A stretch of DNA of 64,000 bases. It comes from Epiperipatus broadwayi (Eukaryota; Animalia; Onychophora). Made by a program: the position numbers and the translations under genes. This document shows positions 12,914-26,719 of the stretch, piece after piece. The notes under the pieces are model-generated. The model worked only from the letters and a program-made list of their open reading frames with translations. It was not told the DNA's origin and made no database searches. Each line of letters starts with the position of its first letter. The first letter of the stretch is position 1. The stretch spans positions 1,984,001 through 2,048,000 of the forward strand of contig JAQFVV010000007.1 in the NCBI GenBank assembly GCA_028023455.1. Direction: 5' to 3'.

Positions 12914-14475
12914 ACTTATGGCACTCTCTGTATACTTAAATAATAATTTTTTTCTTCAGTACATTTAATTAGGTCTCTGACTAATGGTCCCATTGTCTCT
13001 ATCTTCATTAGCTGCTGCACATTATTTCCTCAATCTATGTAATCTGCCTTTTTTAGTTTAGTTTTAGTTTACCTACGTTTTCTTGGTTAGCTCTTTCTAT
13101 GAATTCTTTGAAGGAGACATGCATTTTATTTAAAAAACTATTAAAGATAAAAAAAACAAACATTACTCACTTTCCCTCTGTTCAACTGTTCTTCCATGTC
13201 TGAAAAAAAAAACTATACAAATAATTAGTGATATACAAATATTTATACATATATCTATTAGCAGGTAGTATAAGTAATTCTCTGTATTGGACACATTTGA
13301 TTTTTTTATTATTTATACAACTGACCCACTACTGTGCTGACAATCAAATTTGCTGACAAATTTATTTATATGGGCACCAGTGAGCAAAATGAGATCAATA
13401 GGGCATGTGAAATAACCCATTGACCCCCAAACTACATACGACTGACTTAATTTTTTTTTAACACAATTCGATTGATGAGTTATTTCTTATTTATTAACAA
13501 CTGACATGTTCTTGACCTGAGTTTAAATATGGGAGTTCACTACTTCATTTTTCCAAGCATGAGGCTTTCACACACACACAAAAAAATGTCAAAATTAATA
13601 TTACATAAGAACTTTTATTTGTTGATATCATTTTTAATCTTGCTAGCATAAAAGTGTGTAAACCATTTAAGCATTTTGCCAACTGCATCTGGCTGCTTGG
13701 TGTACAAAAACGGTCTTCACCTGCTTTGTGGTTACTCTAGAAATTATTGTCATTAAAGCATAATGTCACACTGCATCGGACCGCTTGACAGATAATTCCC
13801 AGTTTGAAGGTCTTCGCCTGCTTTGAGGCTACTAAGAATACGGAGTGAACATTAAATATATGTGCTAGCAAGCAATACTTTCAAATTTAAAACTTTCAAC
13901 ATGATATCATATTGGATATTTGTAATTATAAGACTGAGATACATATAATTAATTTTGACACAGACAAAATATTTCATTTAATTTTACCCCTTGCTTTAAT
14001 CTATAGACTCTTACTACTTTTCTAACGATAATTTTCCTACTGTCACGAACGCATATAAACAAACTTATAATATATATACTGATATAGTACACGTATAATT
14101 AATTGATATATATTCTCTCTTATTACTTTTCTTTAAATAATTATTCTGACTAACGAATCTTTTACAGACGTACATTTAAAAAATAAGCTTGAAAACATTT
14201 AAGTATTAAAAAAAACTGACATTTTAATTCATTGAAATCATTTCAGTTATGCGTTATAATTGCATAAAATCATTTCAGTTATGCGTTATAAATCGCATAA
14301 CTTTTTTTCTCAAATATATATAACATTCTCCAACATATAATCACTCTCTACTGGGTATAGAATTTAATTAATCAAGGCCTCAATGATTTGGGTGGCTAAA
14401 ACATAAATACTGACTACAGGGTGTGGGGTTTATTAAATCGAAGCCTCAACGATTGGGAGGCCAAAAACATAACCA

Positions 14476-17101
14476 TGTACCAGTCGAAAAACCTACCACC
14501 TAAACGCAAGTCGGATTCAAACTCAGCTGAACCAAACTGAATTCAAACCCAACTCAACAGCTCAGATTAGTAGAAATCTAAATCGACGGCACAGTGCTAT
14601 GCGCCAAGAAACTAGCTCAATGGTTGGTGAGGATCAGGGACCCCTGAACTGACATTAATATCTGATAATAAATAACTAAAATAATTTTAAATCAAATCAT
14701 ATGTATATGTTCGGGTTGCCAACACAGATAGCGAGTATTAACATTAAAATAATTATGAAAGAATTAAGCACTAAGAAAACAAGTGTTTTTAGAAAATATT
14801 TAATAATAATAATTTGTTTTGTTTGAATTTTAAATAATGATTATATTAATTACCTCTAGCCTTTAACAGAATTTATAATAATAATAAAAGTGGCAGTCCT
14901 TGTTATATGCCAATGAATATTACACAATATTTGAAAGTCTATGTCTATGCCCCCAACAAGGAATAAAAGACAGATAAAGGTATTCATTAGTAAAGGAACT
15001 TATTACTCTAATTTTATTACGACAGAATGGGAGATTTATTTTCACATTCGCAAATTCACCCATGAAAAGCAAGATACATATTTTAGGGCATAACTTTAAT
15101 CTTTATTGGAAAACTTATTTTGAATTATAATGGAGAATTTGTTCGACTTTAATTGAAATCACTTCATCATGAATTACGAGCATCAGAGCGGACCTTACTG
15201 GAACAGAGAGGTAACGGTGCTGACAAATTATGAGCTAGAAAGTGAAATTGAAAGACGATAGCTAGTCGATGATCTAAGTCCTATGGTGGCTTGCATATGA
15301 CAAGTCTTATGCCCTTTGACTAATATGAACTGGAGAGGAAGTGCTTTCTTCCTCGATAATTTAAAATAACAGAAATAATATCACTGACCAACCTAATGGA
15401 GCGGAAGATTGCCCTACATCAGCAACATTAAAGATGATGACTTACTAGTCACCGTTTGAGAATTAAAACCCAATTATAGAATGCTCTACGTGATGACTTG
15501 ATCAAATAAATCAAAGTCAAATGAGCTATAAGTAAAACTATTTTAAAGTATTTGTAAATCATATTAATTATGCCCCAATCATCGTGCCCTTCCTGAATCT
15601 TAAATAACAAAGTTGAATTAGAATATATTTGATTCTTTATCAGCCCTTTTGCAATAAAAACATTTTAAGATTAGATATGAATAAATATATATTGGTGAAT
15701 ACAAAAATAGCTGGGGCATAGATTAAAAATGGAGCTAATAATTTATTATTAGCCAATTATAAAAATAACACACACATTTAATAATCTCTTTCGACTCGAT
15801 AATTGATAGAATGGTAAATCTAGTTCTAATGGGCGAGAATTACTATTAAAATTAATATATTATTATTTGCACAAGGCAATGGAAACAAAGGAGATCATCG
15901 AGTCGAAAGATTATTGGCATATAATTAAAAATAAATGACATTAATAAATATATATATAATATAGTAAATGAACCGCCAAGTAAGAAAAGAGAAAGTTTAA
16001 AGACTAGAGGTTGAGAGAACTATGATATAAATTTACAGTAGCATGAATAAAAGATTTTATAAAGATTGTTACATTAAAGAATAAAAGAGCTCTAAAAGGG
16101 AGTGTCAAGTAAAGTTCGAAACTGGCCAGAAAGGTTAAGGTTCATTATGAAAACATATTACCCATTTCTTCCAGGGCTGGTTCTTAGGTTACATGTCTGA
16201 ATTGGTAAAAAAACATAGGAACTCATTTAATTGATTACTTGAACAGTATTTTAGTGGCTTTTCATAATTTTAGCAGCATGATTGGTCCGGAAAAGATTCA
16301 GCAGCTCCATTGAAGATTTTCAGGGGATTTCAGGAACCGATAGCCAGATTCCTGACGTTTTAGCCCTTCACCATGATCGAAACACTATTTAATTTTATAA
16401 TTTAAAAATGCACAGAGTTGACTGCACTTCTGTACAACAAAGATGGCTTTTTTTTCTTCTCCAAACTTTTCAGAGCTATATATCTGTCCTCTGTTGGCTT
16501 CAGGCTAGCGCTTCTTTCATTATCGATGTTTTTAGATTTACTGGTTGTTTTTAGATACATTCCTTCGATAAGGCTTTCAAACTCATTAACTTGAATTCAT
16601 TTTCTAATTAGACAATGAATTCTTAAAATCAGAAAATGATTTTAATTAGGAAATCCTTATCTTTTTTCTAATTAATAAAACTTTAACTGTTGTTTTTGAA
16701 AAGGGAAAATCTGAAAGCTTATCAAAAGAATGTAGCTTTTAATCAATAAAACTTTAACAAATTATTTAAAAATAAAATCAAACATTCCCGACGCAATAAA
16801 ACTTTAAACAATTATATATATTTAAATATTTACAGATATATACGCACAATCCACGCAGTTATAATATATAAATTCATGAATAATTCTATCATGAATTTAT
16901 TAATAGAATTGATCAATTTTAACCTGAAACTAATTAATTTTAGTATGCATTTATAAAATAAGTTTCCTTTATGGAAATTAGCATGGATTGAATGTATAAA
17001 GACCCATTGCATCGGAAATTTAAGATTAGTATTATGTGTTTGAAGTGGGCTTATGGCTAAATGTCATGAAGCTAGGATCGAACTCAGATCTGACTGCTTC
17101 A
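14476..17101 (-). repeat. 5' LTR (2626 bp)
   Basis: Direct repeat of 9307-11947; followed on the minus strand by TGG at 14475-14473. Confidence 0.9.
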
Positions 17102-19231
17102 ATATATATATAGCAAGATGAACACATACTTTCATAATAAGTAATATTGCTTGTTTACATTTAAGAAAAAAAGCATGATTATTTTTTTTACACATAAATA
17201 AATGCACATATATATTATTTCATTTAATTGTCATAAAGAATCTCAAGCAAATATAAACTAAATAGATAATGATTTTAGCACTCATTTATTCTTAATTTTG
17301 TTAATGAGGTATTGGCTTGATTACATATATATGAGTAGATTGCGAGTTTTAGTTCAGATATTTGATTTTCTCTTTTTTTTTTTAAAGAAATAAATGACTT
17401 TTTAACTAACAAGGATTTGGACAAATGATTTAAAAAGTTCAAGTTTATGTTTGTTACTTTAAAGTTATAAAATAACTTGTTCTCCTTTTTAAGATTGGAG
17501 ACAAAACAAACAAATTTATGCATAAATTGATTTATTAGTAAAAAATATCCATCTGTCCAATACTTGCAAGTTGGCATAGATAAAATTAATCAATAAAGTA
17601 TATATTTTTATAACTAAAAAAATATACATGGCATATTTGAAAATAAATAATAAAAGATGGTATTTATAAAATTTATAGACTTTTGTTCCATTAATAATTA
17701 GAAATTAAAATTTTGTACCATTTATAATTAGAAAAATAAGTTATGACATAGATAGACTTGCTATAAATGAGTTACTACCTTATATATATAACTGTCTTTT
17801 TAAACCACATCCTCCTTTGGGATAGAGTTTTTTACTGAGCAGTTATGAATCTGAGGAATTTAAATTTAGATATTCTAGAGTGTTTATAGATGGCATTTTA
17901 ATTATTTTTATCTTTAAAGATTAAAAGTTTATACTTGCACTGTTTGATGATTACTTTGGTGAGGCAACTGTCTTCTCACTAGTTAATACCTATTCCTGGG
18001 TTGACTTTTGGTTTACTGGACATAGGACAGGATTGGATTCAAAGTTGGCATGTTCTCCCATTTCTTGGCAGCAGCAACATGGAATCAATAGGTTTCTCCT
18101 ACCCAAAGATGCACTTTCTTCCTTCGGAGACCATTCTGAGAGGAAAGCCTAACTTGTGCTACTCAGAAGTCATGCTGATATGTGACATCAGCTTACATTC
18201 AATGGTACATTAGAGAGTGAGTGAGTCTAGAGAAAATAACCAAGTATTTATAACCCTGTAATTTAAAAAAAACTTTACTCAGCAAAACCAAAAATCATAT
18301 CTAGCCTTTGTTTACTGTTTTTTTTTTTTTAACAATGATATCTTCATTGACTCCAGACTCAACTTTTTTCAGCAACAAAAATATACTGGTTGACTGATTC
18401 TTAATTTACCCTAGTCAGCAAAATCCTATCAAGATTAAATTAAGGTAAGAAAATTTTAACTGCCCCTTAAAGACAGGAAATAATTAGTGTCACCGTGCAA
18501 CTGTACTTTTCCAAATGTTTCAAAATAAATTCATAAATTTCTGCCTTTAGCTAAATGTTTGGTTATCAATTAGTAACAATCTGTTACTTGCAAAAAGAAT
18601 GAGTCAACTTATTTTTCTATTTATTTTTTTTTAGGAAAAACATACAAGACAAAAAAAAATATCTATTTTTTTCCAAGTATATATAACTGAAATCTAGCTC
18701 AACAAAAACAGTATATATACATGCCCTATCATTCAATCACCCACACACACACACTTGTATATTATTTTCTAATTAAATAATGAAGAATTAGCTGTTTGAT
18801 CTATCACCCTAAATTTATATTATCTTTAAACAAATATCATGAAGCTCTGTGTGTGCATACACACTGACTGCTTCATTATATTGATTTAAATGTGTGTTTT
18901 TATGAACTGCATAATCAAAAAGATTGAACATGTGTCTTAGAGGAAGTTATAGAATCAGCATTTTCTTTCATGATCTTAATAATATTGAGTTGTCTGAATG
19001 GAACTTTTTAATATCCTTAAATAAAATATTGCTTCATGTAGTTTAAAACAATGATCAATCATTAGATTAAAGATAGTTTCTAAGTAGAGTAAAGTAATAA
19101 TAATGAAAAATCTCAATTTCATTAAATGAATGGATAGTCAACTTGCTATTTGATGAGTAACTAAAGATAAGTATATTTAGTGCTTGTAAGACAGTTCTAG
19201 ATCTGTACTTAGTTACAATAAGGGTTTTTAC

Positions 19232-19449
19232 CTATAATATTTAAACAACATTAAACTGTTGCACATGCACTTTGGATTTTAAATATAAAATGAATGAATA
19301 CTAACACTTCAACCACATGATAAAGTCTTTGGAAAAGATAGAATGGCCATTCTATCTTTTCCAAAGACTTTATCTGTTAGTATTCATTCATTTTATATTT
19401 AAAATCCAAAGTGCATGTGCAACAGTTTAATGCTGTTTAAATATTATAG
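19232..19449. repeat. Spacer-less palindrome (~218 bp)
   Basis: Centre GAATGG|CCATTC at 19346/19347; arms near-identical except a ~13-nt insertion in the left arm. Confidence 0.95.
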
Positions 19450-19904
19450 TTTATAAAAAACATCGTGCTATATAAAATAATTGACTTATAAGGGTTTTTG
19501 AAATGTAATCATTAAATTCTCAGTACTATATGAGTCAAGTAAATGACCTAAATTTGATAATTATTACAGGAAACTGAAGGAATATTAATTGATCATTTTT
19601 GGTATATACATTAACATTAGTAAGATCAATTATAAAGAATAATTTCAAATATATGATTTTGCTATCGTTAATTTTTGCTGACAATAAAACATAGATGAAA
19701 TGGCATACTCATTAAAATTGCACTAAAAAGTTTAATTTTGTAACATAATAAGGCAAAAAAATTACTTTCAAATTTCTCTTATAGAAAATTATTCAGCAAC
19801 TTTTTAATTTTTGCTCTGTTAAAAAGGAATGATAAAGATTACTTCCGAATGTCTTAAAACTATAATAAATATTTCTCTTGATATTCAGATGCCATATAGC
19901 TGAT

Positions 19905-20475
19905 TTTGAAGATTGTATGGTTGATAGAATTAAACTTGGAGTACTGTTAGTAGAAATAACTTAATATTAAAAGGAAACAAGCCAATGTATTTGAAAAGGA
20001 AGGTTTTTAATAAACATGTTTTACCAGTTCTTATTATGGATCTGGACTTTGGAACACTTAATAGAAGAGCAATGCAGAGACTTTAGACCACTCAAAAGAA
20101 GAGATTGAAAACAAAATACATGGTAATAGAACAAACAGTTATTACTGACATAATTGAAAGAATTAAGATACTGAAATAAAATTAATCTGGACATATTTCT
20201 AGAAGAGGTGATAATAGTTATATAACTGAAATCTTAAACTGGATTCCAAGAGATTGTAAAAGATCTAGAAAGAGGCCACATGTGATATGGATGGATGAAA
20301 TAAAAAATAAAAGTTGAAAGCTGAGGAGAAATAATTTATGTCAAATATTTGACCATTGTATATAAATAAAAAAGTGTATGAGGTGATGTGGAAAAGAGAA
20401 GCTAGAGGTCAAAGAAATTGGATTGAACTTTGGAGAGACTGTCATCCTGCAGTGGCTTGATAATGTTTAAAAATG
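19905..20475 (+). mobile_element. RTE LINE 3' fragment
   Basis: LKRKVFNKHVLPV, SGHISRRGDN, WIPRDCKRSRKRPH motifs; 3' end CATCCTGCAGTGG. Confidence 0.85.
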
Positions 20476-20654
20476 ATGCTGGTTGATAGCTAGAGTTGTA
20501 TAAAAATCATTTAATATATTGTTTAAGTTTATTTTACTTTGAATATAATTATTAAATCACTTATTTATATAACTGATTATTCTTGCATAAAATATGGGTC
20601 TAAATTTATATTTATAATTGTACTTAATATATATATATATATTGTAACTTTAAT

Positions 20655-20900
20655 AGAGAGATGAGGGGGGGTGACAATGAACGATGAAGAGATGTAAAAA
20701 GGAAAAAAGAGAGAACTGAGAGATGAAGAAATGGAAGATGGGAATGAAAAGATGAGAATGACTGATATGAAAGATGAATATGAGAAATGAAGAGATGAGA
20801 AATGATGATGATAATAAAATAAATGAAAGATGAAGATGATGATGAGAATGGAAGATGACATGAGAGATGAGAAATGTTCTGTATATGAAAATGGAAGATG
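20655..20900. repeat. (GATGA/GAGAT)-type degenerate microsatellite
   Basis: Purine-rich gatga/gaaatga runs; inverted counterpart at 25940-26290. Confidence 0.85.
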
Positions 20901-23199
20901 ACTATGTTCTACTATTTTTTAATATATTAGAGACTCTTAACGACTTAACTCAGTGGGGTTACAATAAATCAAGGATGAATGATGTTACAGAGATATACAA
21001 TCAGATGGAGACAAACCAATGCAAATAACTATTGTGGTATGTTCAATAATCTAACATAAATAATATAAAGTACATTTTAAATCATTATTTAATAGTTATT
21101 AGAGTCAGCCTCCTATCAGATCATACACTCTGAATAAAACAAATGACACTTTGTTGAAGGATTATCTCACTAAACCATATTAACAATGACAACAAGAATA
21201 AACAATCTCAGGGGTTTTAACTAAACTCTTGTGAAAAATAAAAGTTTAAAGTTGCCTAATAAATGATTGCTTGGATGAATAAACAAGTGAGTGATATCTT
21301 GGCTGACCATAGAATGCAAGCACTACACTTGTAATGACTGCCTCCCCAAGATCAGATAACTATCTTTCATTAAATCATAGCATAAAAAATATATTAATTT
21401 AAAGATTTGATTAATTAATCTAAATTTAAACTAATTATGGCCTATTACCCAGGACTTCACTGAAGCTGGGAAAAGGACAAGGGTGTTTTTTATGCCTTTC
21501 CACCTACTCACAGATAATCTTACTTATGAAATTAAATGCAGATGGATTTCAATTTTAAAAATATACAAGACAATGTGCAGTTTAAAACATAGTAAATAAT
21601 CTTCTGAATCACTAATAATCTTCATCTTACATTGTATAATCTTTAGTCTGAGAAGATAATAATAATAACTTTTAAATCAATCTTAAAATAAACATTATAT
21701 TAAGTATCAGTGAATATATGATTATCTGTAAATGTGATTCAATCTGAGAATCACAATGATAAGCATGACTTTATAATTTAACCCAGTATAAAATACTCTG
21801 TATACCTTGTGAACTTTTGGAACTCAAGACAATAGCACATAACAGAAAAACAAACAGAAACTGAACTTTTAAAATAATAGCAAATTTGATTTATTAATAA
21901 TATATAATAAATATTTACAAAATTAAAGGAAACATTGTCAAGATAGTGCTGTTATCTTTTAAATATTTTGACTAACAATATTTATTTTGACTTAACACTA
22001 AATTACAAAATTTTAGTCAAATAAAATAATTGATTATACTTCACGGACTATTTTCTGTTTATTTTAATAATAATAAAAAAATAATTATAAGAGTGAACAG
22101 AGGCTAATTTAATATTTGAATCTATCCAAATAAACTCCTTAAAATATTAAGGATTTTAAAATCTCTCTATTTTAATTATGGTAGCATAAGCTTAACAAAC
22201 ATAACTTTATTTTAACTGATACATTTTAAAGTACTGTGGTAAGATTTAGCAACCAGAATAATAAAACAATCTGTTCATATTTAATACAATAAGCTAAGCA
22301 AAAGCTGTGCTAATACTAGCATATACAGCATAAATTTTTAAATTATAATTAGTTACTTTTCCATTATTTAGGATTAGAACTATTTATCTATAGCTTTGAA
22401 AATGAAGGCATCATTCCTTTGAAAGCGCTAAGTATAGAAATAAATAAATAAATATACATTGGAGTTTTAGTGTGGAGATATTAGTGTAAAATATCTGATC
22501 ATTATTTAGGATTATAGCTAGTGATATACTTAAGTAAATTTAAACTAAATTAAATTAGATGCATGGGCCACTCATCAGAGGTCATTTATACACACACTTT
22601 AAGAAACTCTTGTCCACATAAAATTATTACACCAATTGTTTTAAAATTGAAGGACTTAAATTTCCCTCAGTGAAAAACTCTGGATGAACATATTCACTAC
22701 TTAGTATTTATAAATTGCCACTTATAACCATATGCATAATCTATATATTTAAAAATAAATATAAATTATTGTTGGTTGGTTTGTGGATGATAAAACTATC
22801 ATAACAGCACAATTCAGGCATTGATATACCTTTAAGCATTAAAATAGTTAAATACAACCTGAAGAAACAGAGTTTCTTAAACAAACACATCTTGTCATTA
22901 CATATCTAAAACACATGCAACATCATCATGAGTGTTAGGCCAAAAATACATATATACTCTGCAGAGCTGAACAACTTCATAAAACTGTGGCAGTGTCCAA
23001 TATGCCTATCTTTGTGGCAGAAAAAAGATGCTTGGATCTTATCACAGTGCATCAGAAACAGGAAAGACACACCAGGAAATATATAATCCTCTCCATGGGA
23101 TCTAAACACCTTCAAAATATATGATTACAATTACTAAAATACAAATACCTAATATATGACCATCTTTGATAAGTGATTAATAAGTTAACATATATTTTA

Positions 23200-25875
23200 A
23201 TCATTTTTATCCCTGGAGATTTTTATATCTCACTGTTAGCTAATCTGAATGTATGGTACTTTACTCAGTTATATGTAAAACAGCCCAAGAGGTTATTAGA
23301 GGATTTTCCATGCATCTTTTTTCTATAAATGCTACATTAATAATAATTGTTAATATTTTTTTATATACATCCTGAGAATTAATTTTCTCACACTTGATTT
23401 ACAATCTTTTAAATGTCCACTAGCCACTATAGTTTCATATTTAATATTTTGTTGTGTGTGCATTGTACTTTTGCCTATAATTTTATATGCATTTAATATT
23501 CTTAAGTAGTTCTTTTAATAGTCATTTGACATAATTTGCATTGTTGGTTTCTGACATTGATTTATACACATTGTAATTTAAAATTTTTGAAGATGACTTT
23601 AGCCAGTTAAAATGATGTTGGTATCTTATTGTTAGTTTAGTATTTGTTGGCCCCAGAGAGCTTTGGCCTTATTCATTATTAATATGCTTAATGAAGTAGA
23701 CAATGTTCTCCATCCTTATTTTATTGCTTTTCCTTGAGGTGATAGTGTTCATTCCCAGTGATGATCATATAGTAGACATTTGTATTTCAGTGATTGTAAT
23801 CACATATTTTGAAGGTACTTAGATCCCATGGAGAGGATCATATATTTCCTGGTGTGTCTTTCTTGTTTCTAATGCATTGTGACAAGGTCCAGGCATCCTC
23901 TTTTCTGCCTCAAAGATAGGTATTTTGGAAGCCATCACAGTTTTATGAAGTTATTCAGCTCTGTATAGTATATATGTATTTTTGGCCTATCACTCATGAT
24001 GTATTAATGCTATTTTTCACTGCAGTAGGTTGATTGCATGTGTTTTAGATATGTAATGACAAGATATGTTTGTTTGAGAAACTCTTTCTTCAGGTTGTAT
24101 TTAGCTATTTTAATGCTTAAAGGTATATCAATGTCCGAATTGTGCTGTTATGATAGTTTTATCATTCACAAACCAACCAACAATAATTTATATTTATTTT
24201 TAAGTATGTAGATTATGCATATGGTTATAAGTGGCAATTCACACATACCAAGTAGTTAATATGTTCATCCAGAGATTTTTGCCGAGAAAAATGTAAGTCA
24301 TTCAATTTTCAATTTTAAAACAATTTGTGTAATAATTTCATGTGGACAAGAATTTCTTAAAGTGTGTGTATAAATGACCTCTGATGAGTGGCCCATGCAT
24401 CTAATTTAATTTAAATTTAGCTTAAATTTACTTAAGTACATCACAAGCTATAACCCTAAATAATGGAAAAGTAACTAATTATAATTTTAAAATTTATGCT
24501 GTATATGGTAGTCCTAGCATGGCTTTTGCTTAGCTTATTGTATTAAATATGAACAGATTAATTTATTATTCTGGTTGCTAAATCTTATCACAGTATTATA
24601 AAATGTATCAGTAAAAATAAAGTTATGTTTGTTAAGCTTATGTTACCATAATTAAAATTTAGAGATTTTAGAATCCTTAATATTTTAAGGAGTTTTTTTG
24701 GATAGATTCAAATATTAAATTAGCCTCTGTTCACTCTTGTAATTATTTTATTATTATTATTATTAAAATAAACAGAAAAAAGTCCATGAAGTATAATCGA
24801 TTATTTTATTTGACTAAAATTTTGTAATTTAGTGTTAAGTCAAAATAAATATTGTTAGTCAAAATATTTAAAAGATAACAGCGCTATCTTGGCAATGTTT
24901 TCTTTAATTTTGTACATATTATTAATAAATCAAATTTGCTATCATTTTAAAAGTTCAGTTACTGTTTTTTTTTTTATATGCTTTTGTCTTGAGTTCCAAA
25001 AGTTCCCAAAGTTCACAAGGTATACACAGTATTTTATACTGGGTAAATTTATAAAGCCATGCTTATCATTGTGATTCTCAGATTGAATCACATTAACAGA
25101 TAATCACATATTCACAGATACTTAATATAATGTTTATTTTAAGATTGATTTTTTAAGTTATTATTATTATTTTCTCAGGCTGAAGATTATACAATATGAG
25201 ATAAAGACTATTTAATGATTCAGAAGATTATTTACTATACTTCAAACTACACATTGTCTTGTATATTTTTAAAAATTGAAATCCATCTGCATTTAATTTC
25301 ATAGTAAGGTTGTTCATGGGTAGGTGGGAAGGCATAAAAAGCACCCTTGTCCTTTTCCCAGCATGAGTGATGTCCTGGATAATAGGCCATAATTAGTTTA
25401 ATTTTAGATTAATTAATCAAAATCATTAAATTAATATATTATTTTTATGCTGTGATTTAATGAAAGATAGTTATCTGATCTTGGGGAGGCAGTCATTATA
25501 AGTGTAGTGCTTGCATCCTATGGTTGGCCAAGAGATCATTCATTTGTTTATTCATCCAAGCAATTATTTATTAGGCAACTTTAACTTTTATCTTTCACAA
25601 GAGTTTGATTAATACCCCTGAGATTGTTTACTCTTGTCATCATTGTTAATATGGTTTAGTGAGATAGTCCTTCAACAAAGTGTCATTTGTTTTATTCAGA
25701 GTATATGATCTGATAAAAGACTGACTCTAATAACTATTAAATAATAATTTAAAATGTCCTTTCTATTATTTATGTTAGATTAGTGAACATGCCACAATAG
25801 TTATTTGCATTGGTGTTAGATTTTGTCTCCATCTGATTATATATCTTTGCAACATCATTTATTTTTGATTTTATT
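23200..25875 (-). mobile_element. Decayed PLE (RT in the right arm, GIY-YIG-like in the spacer); its 3'-truncated twin lies on + at ~20965-23165
   Basis: DK...TIVV, degenerate D..LYT.LP, GAFYA...HEQ...FKKY-DNV at PLE-like spacing. One frame runs from the arm into the spacer: LHKTVMASKIP...PGPC...NIVYFIKHINNE*GQSSLGPTNTKLTIRYQHH. Confidence 0.5.
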
Positions 25876-25939
25876 GTAATCCCACTAAGTTAAGTCATTA
25901 AGAGTTTCTAATATTATAAAATAGTAGAACATAGTCATC

Positions 25940-26290
25940 TTCCATTTTCACATACAGAACATATTCATCTTTCATCTCATCTTTCATTTCTCATTTCTCA
26001 TTTATATGCATCATCATCATCTCATCTCTTCATTTCTCATCTCTCATTTCATCTTCCAGTTCTCATCTCTCATGTCCTTTTCCATTTTTCATCATCTTTC
26101 ATTTTTCATATTCTTCTTTTGTATCATTCTCATCTCTTCAGTCTCTTCTCATCTTCCATTATTTTGTATCATCATATCACCTTCTTTAATATCTCACCTT
26201 CTTTAATACATCTCTTTTCATTATCATCATCATTTTCTTATTCATCATTCATTTCATTCTTTCATCATCACCATTCACCAACCCCCCTCA
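25940..26290. repeat. (TCATC)-type degenerate microsatellite
   Basis: Pyrimidine-rich tcatc/tctcat runs; complement of 20655-20900. Confidence 0.85.
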
Positions 26291-26719
26291 TCATCCCATG
26301 ATAGGTTACAATATATAGGTAGTGATTAAGAGAATTTAAATTGGAGGTTCACAAGAAAAATTTCAAGTAAATGTAAAAACTTTCAAAAGTCTTTTATAGA
26401 TTTTAACATATATTAAATGATTTGTCAAAATAATTTGACATATCCTAAATATAAGAGGTTTAATAACACATCTTTAAGTATTTTGTTAATGTATGTCCAA
26501 ATAATTTAAAGTAAAAAAATAGATATGAATTTAATTTAAGAGAGCTTAGCAATTTATTATGTCTAACTCTTTTATATATTAGAATTTCAGTGATTTGTAC
26601 ATGTTGTTTCTTTATCTTGATACACAATAGGCTTTTGTAATTTAGCATTATTTCACATTGTAGTTGGCATAAAAATATTTTTTTGCTTAAGATTTTAACA
26701 TTATTATAAATAGATAAGT

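Larger units (their letters stand above)
9307..17101 (-). mobile_element. Non-autonomous LTR retrotransposon (gag remnant only) with 2.6-kb LTRs
   Basis: Direct repeats 9307-11947 and 14476-17101, TG...CA termini, ATAT(AT) on both flanks; on the minus strand TGG follows the 5' LTR and a PPT precedes the 3' LTR; the 2.5-kb interior has no pol. Confidence 0.88.
20643..26310. repeat. 5.7-kb fold-back: ~2.5-kb inverted arms (20643-23165 / 23760-26310) around a ~600-bp spacer
   Basis: Arms align as reverse complements at roughly 85-90% by eye; termini TGTAAC...GTTACA flanked by ATAT. Confidence 0.95.

Noticed and set aside
17950-18250. GC-richer island with splice-like signals
   Set aside because: No frame gives a convincing exon or known motif; might be UTR or an unknown repeat.
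23195-23240. Possible decayed hammerhead at the PLE 3' end (GAGAT/ATCTC hairpin)
   Set aside because: Neither CUGANGA nor GAAA is intact.
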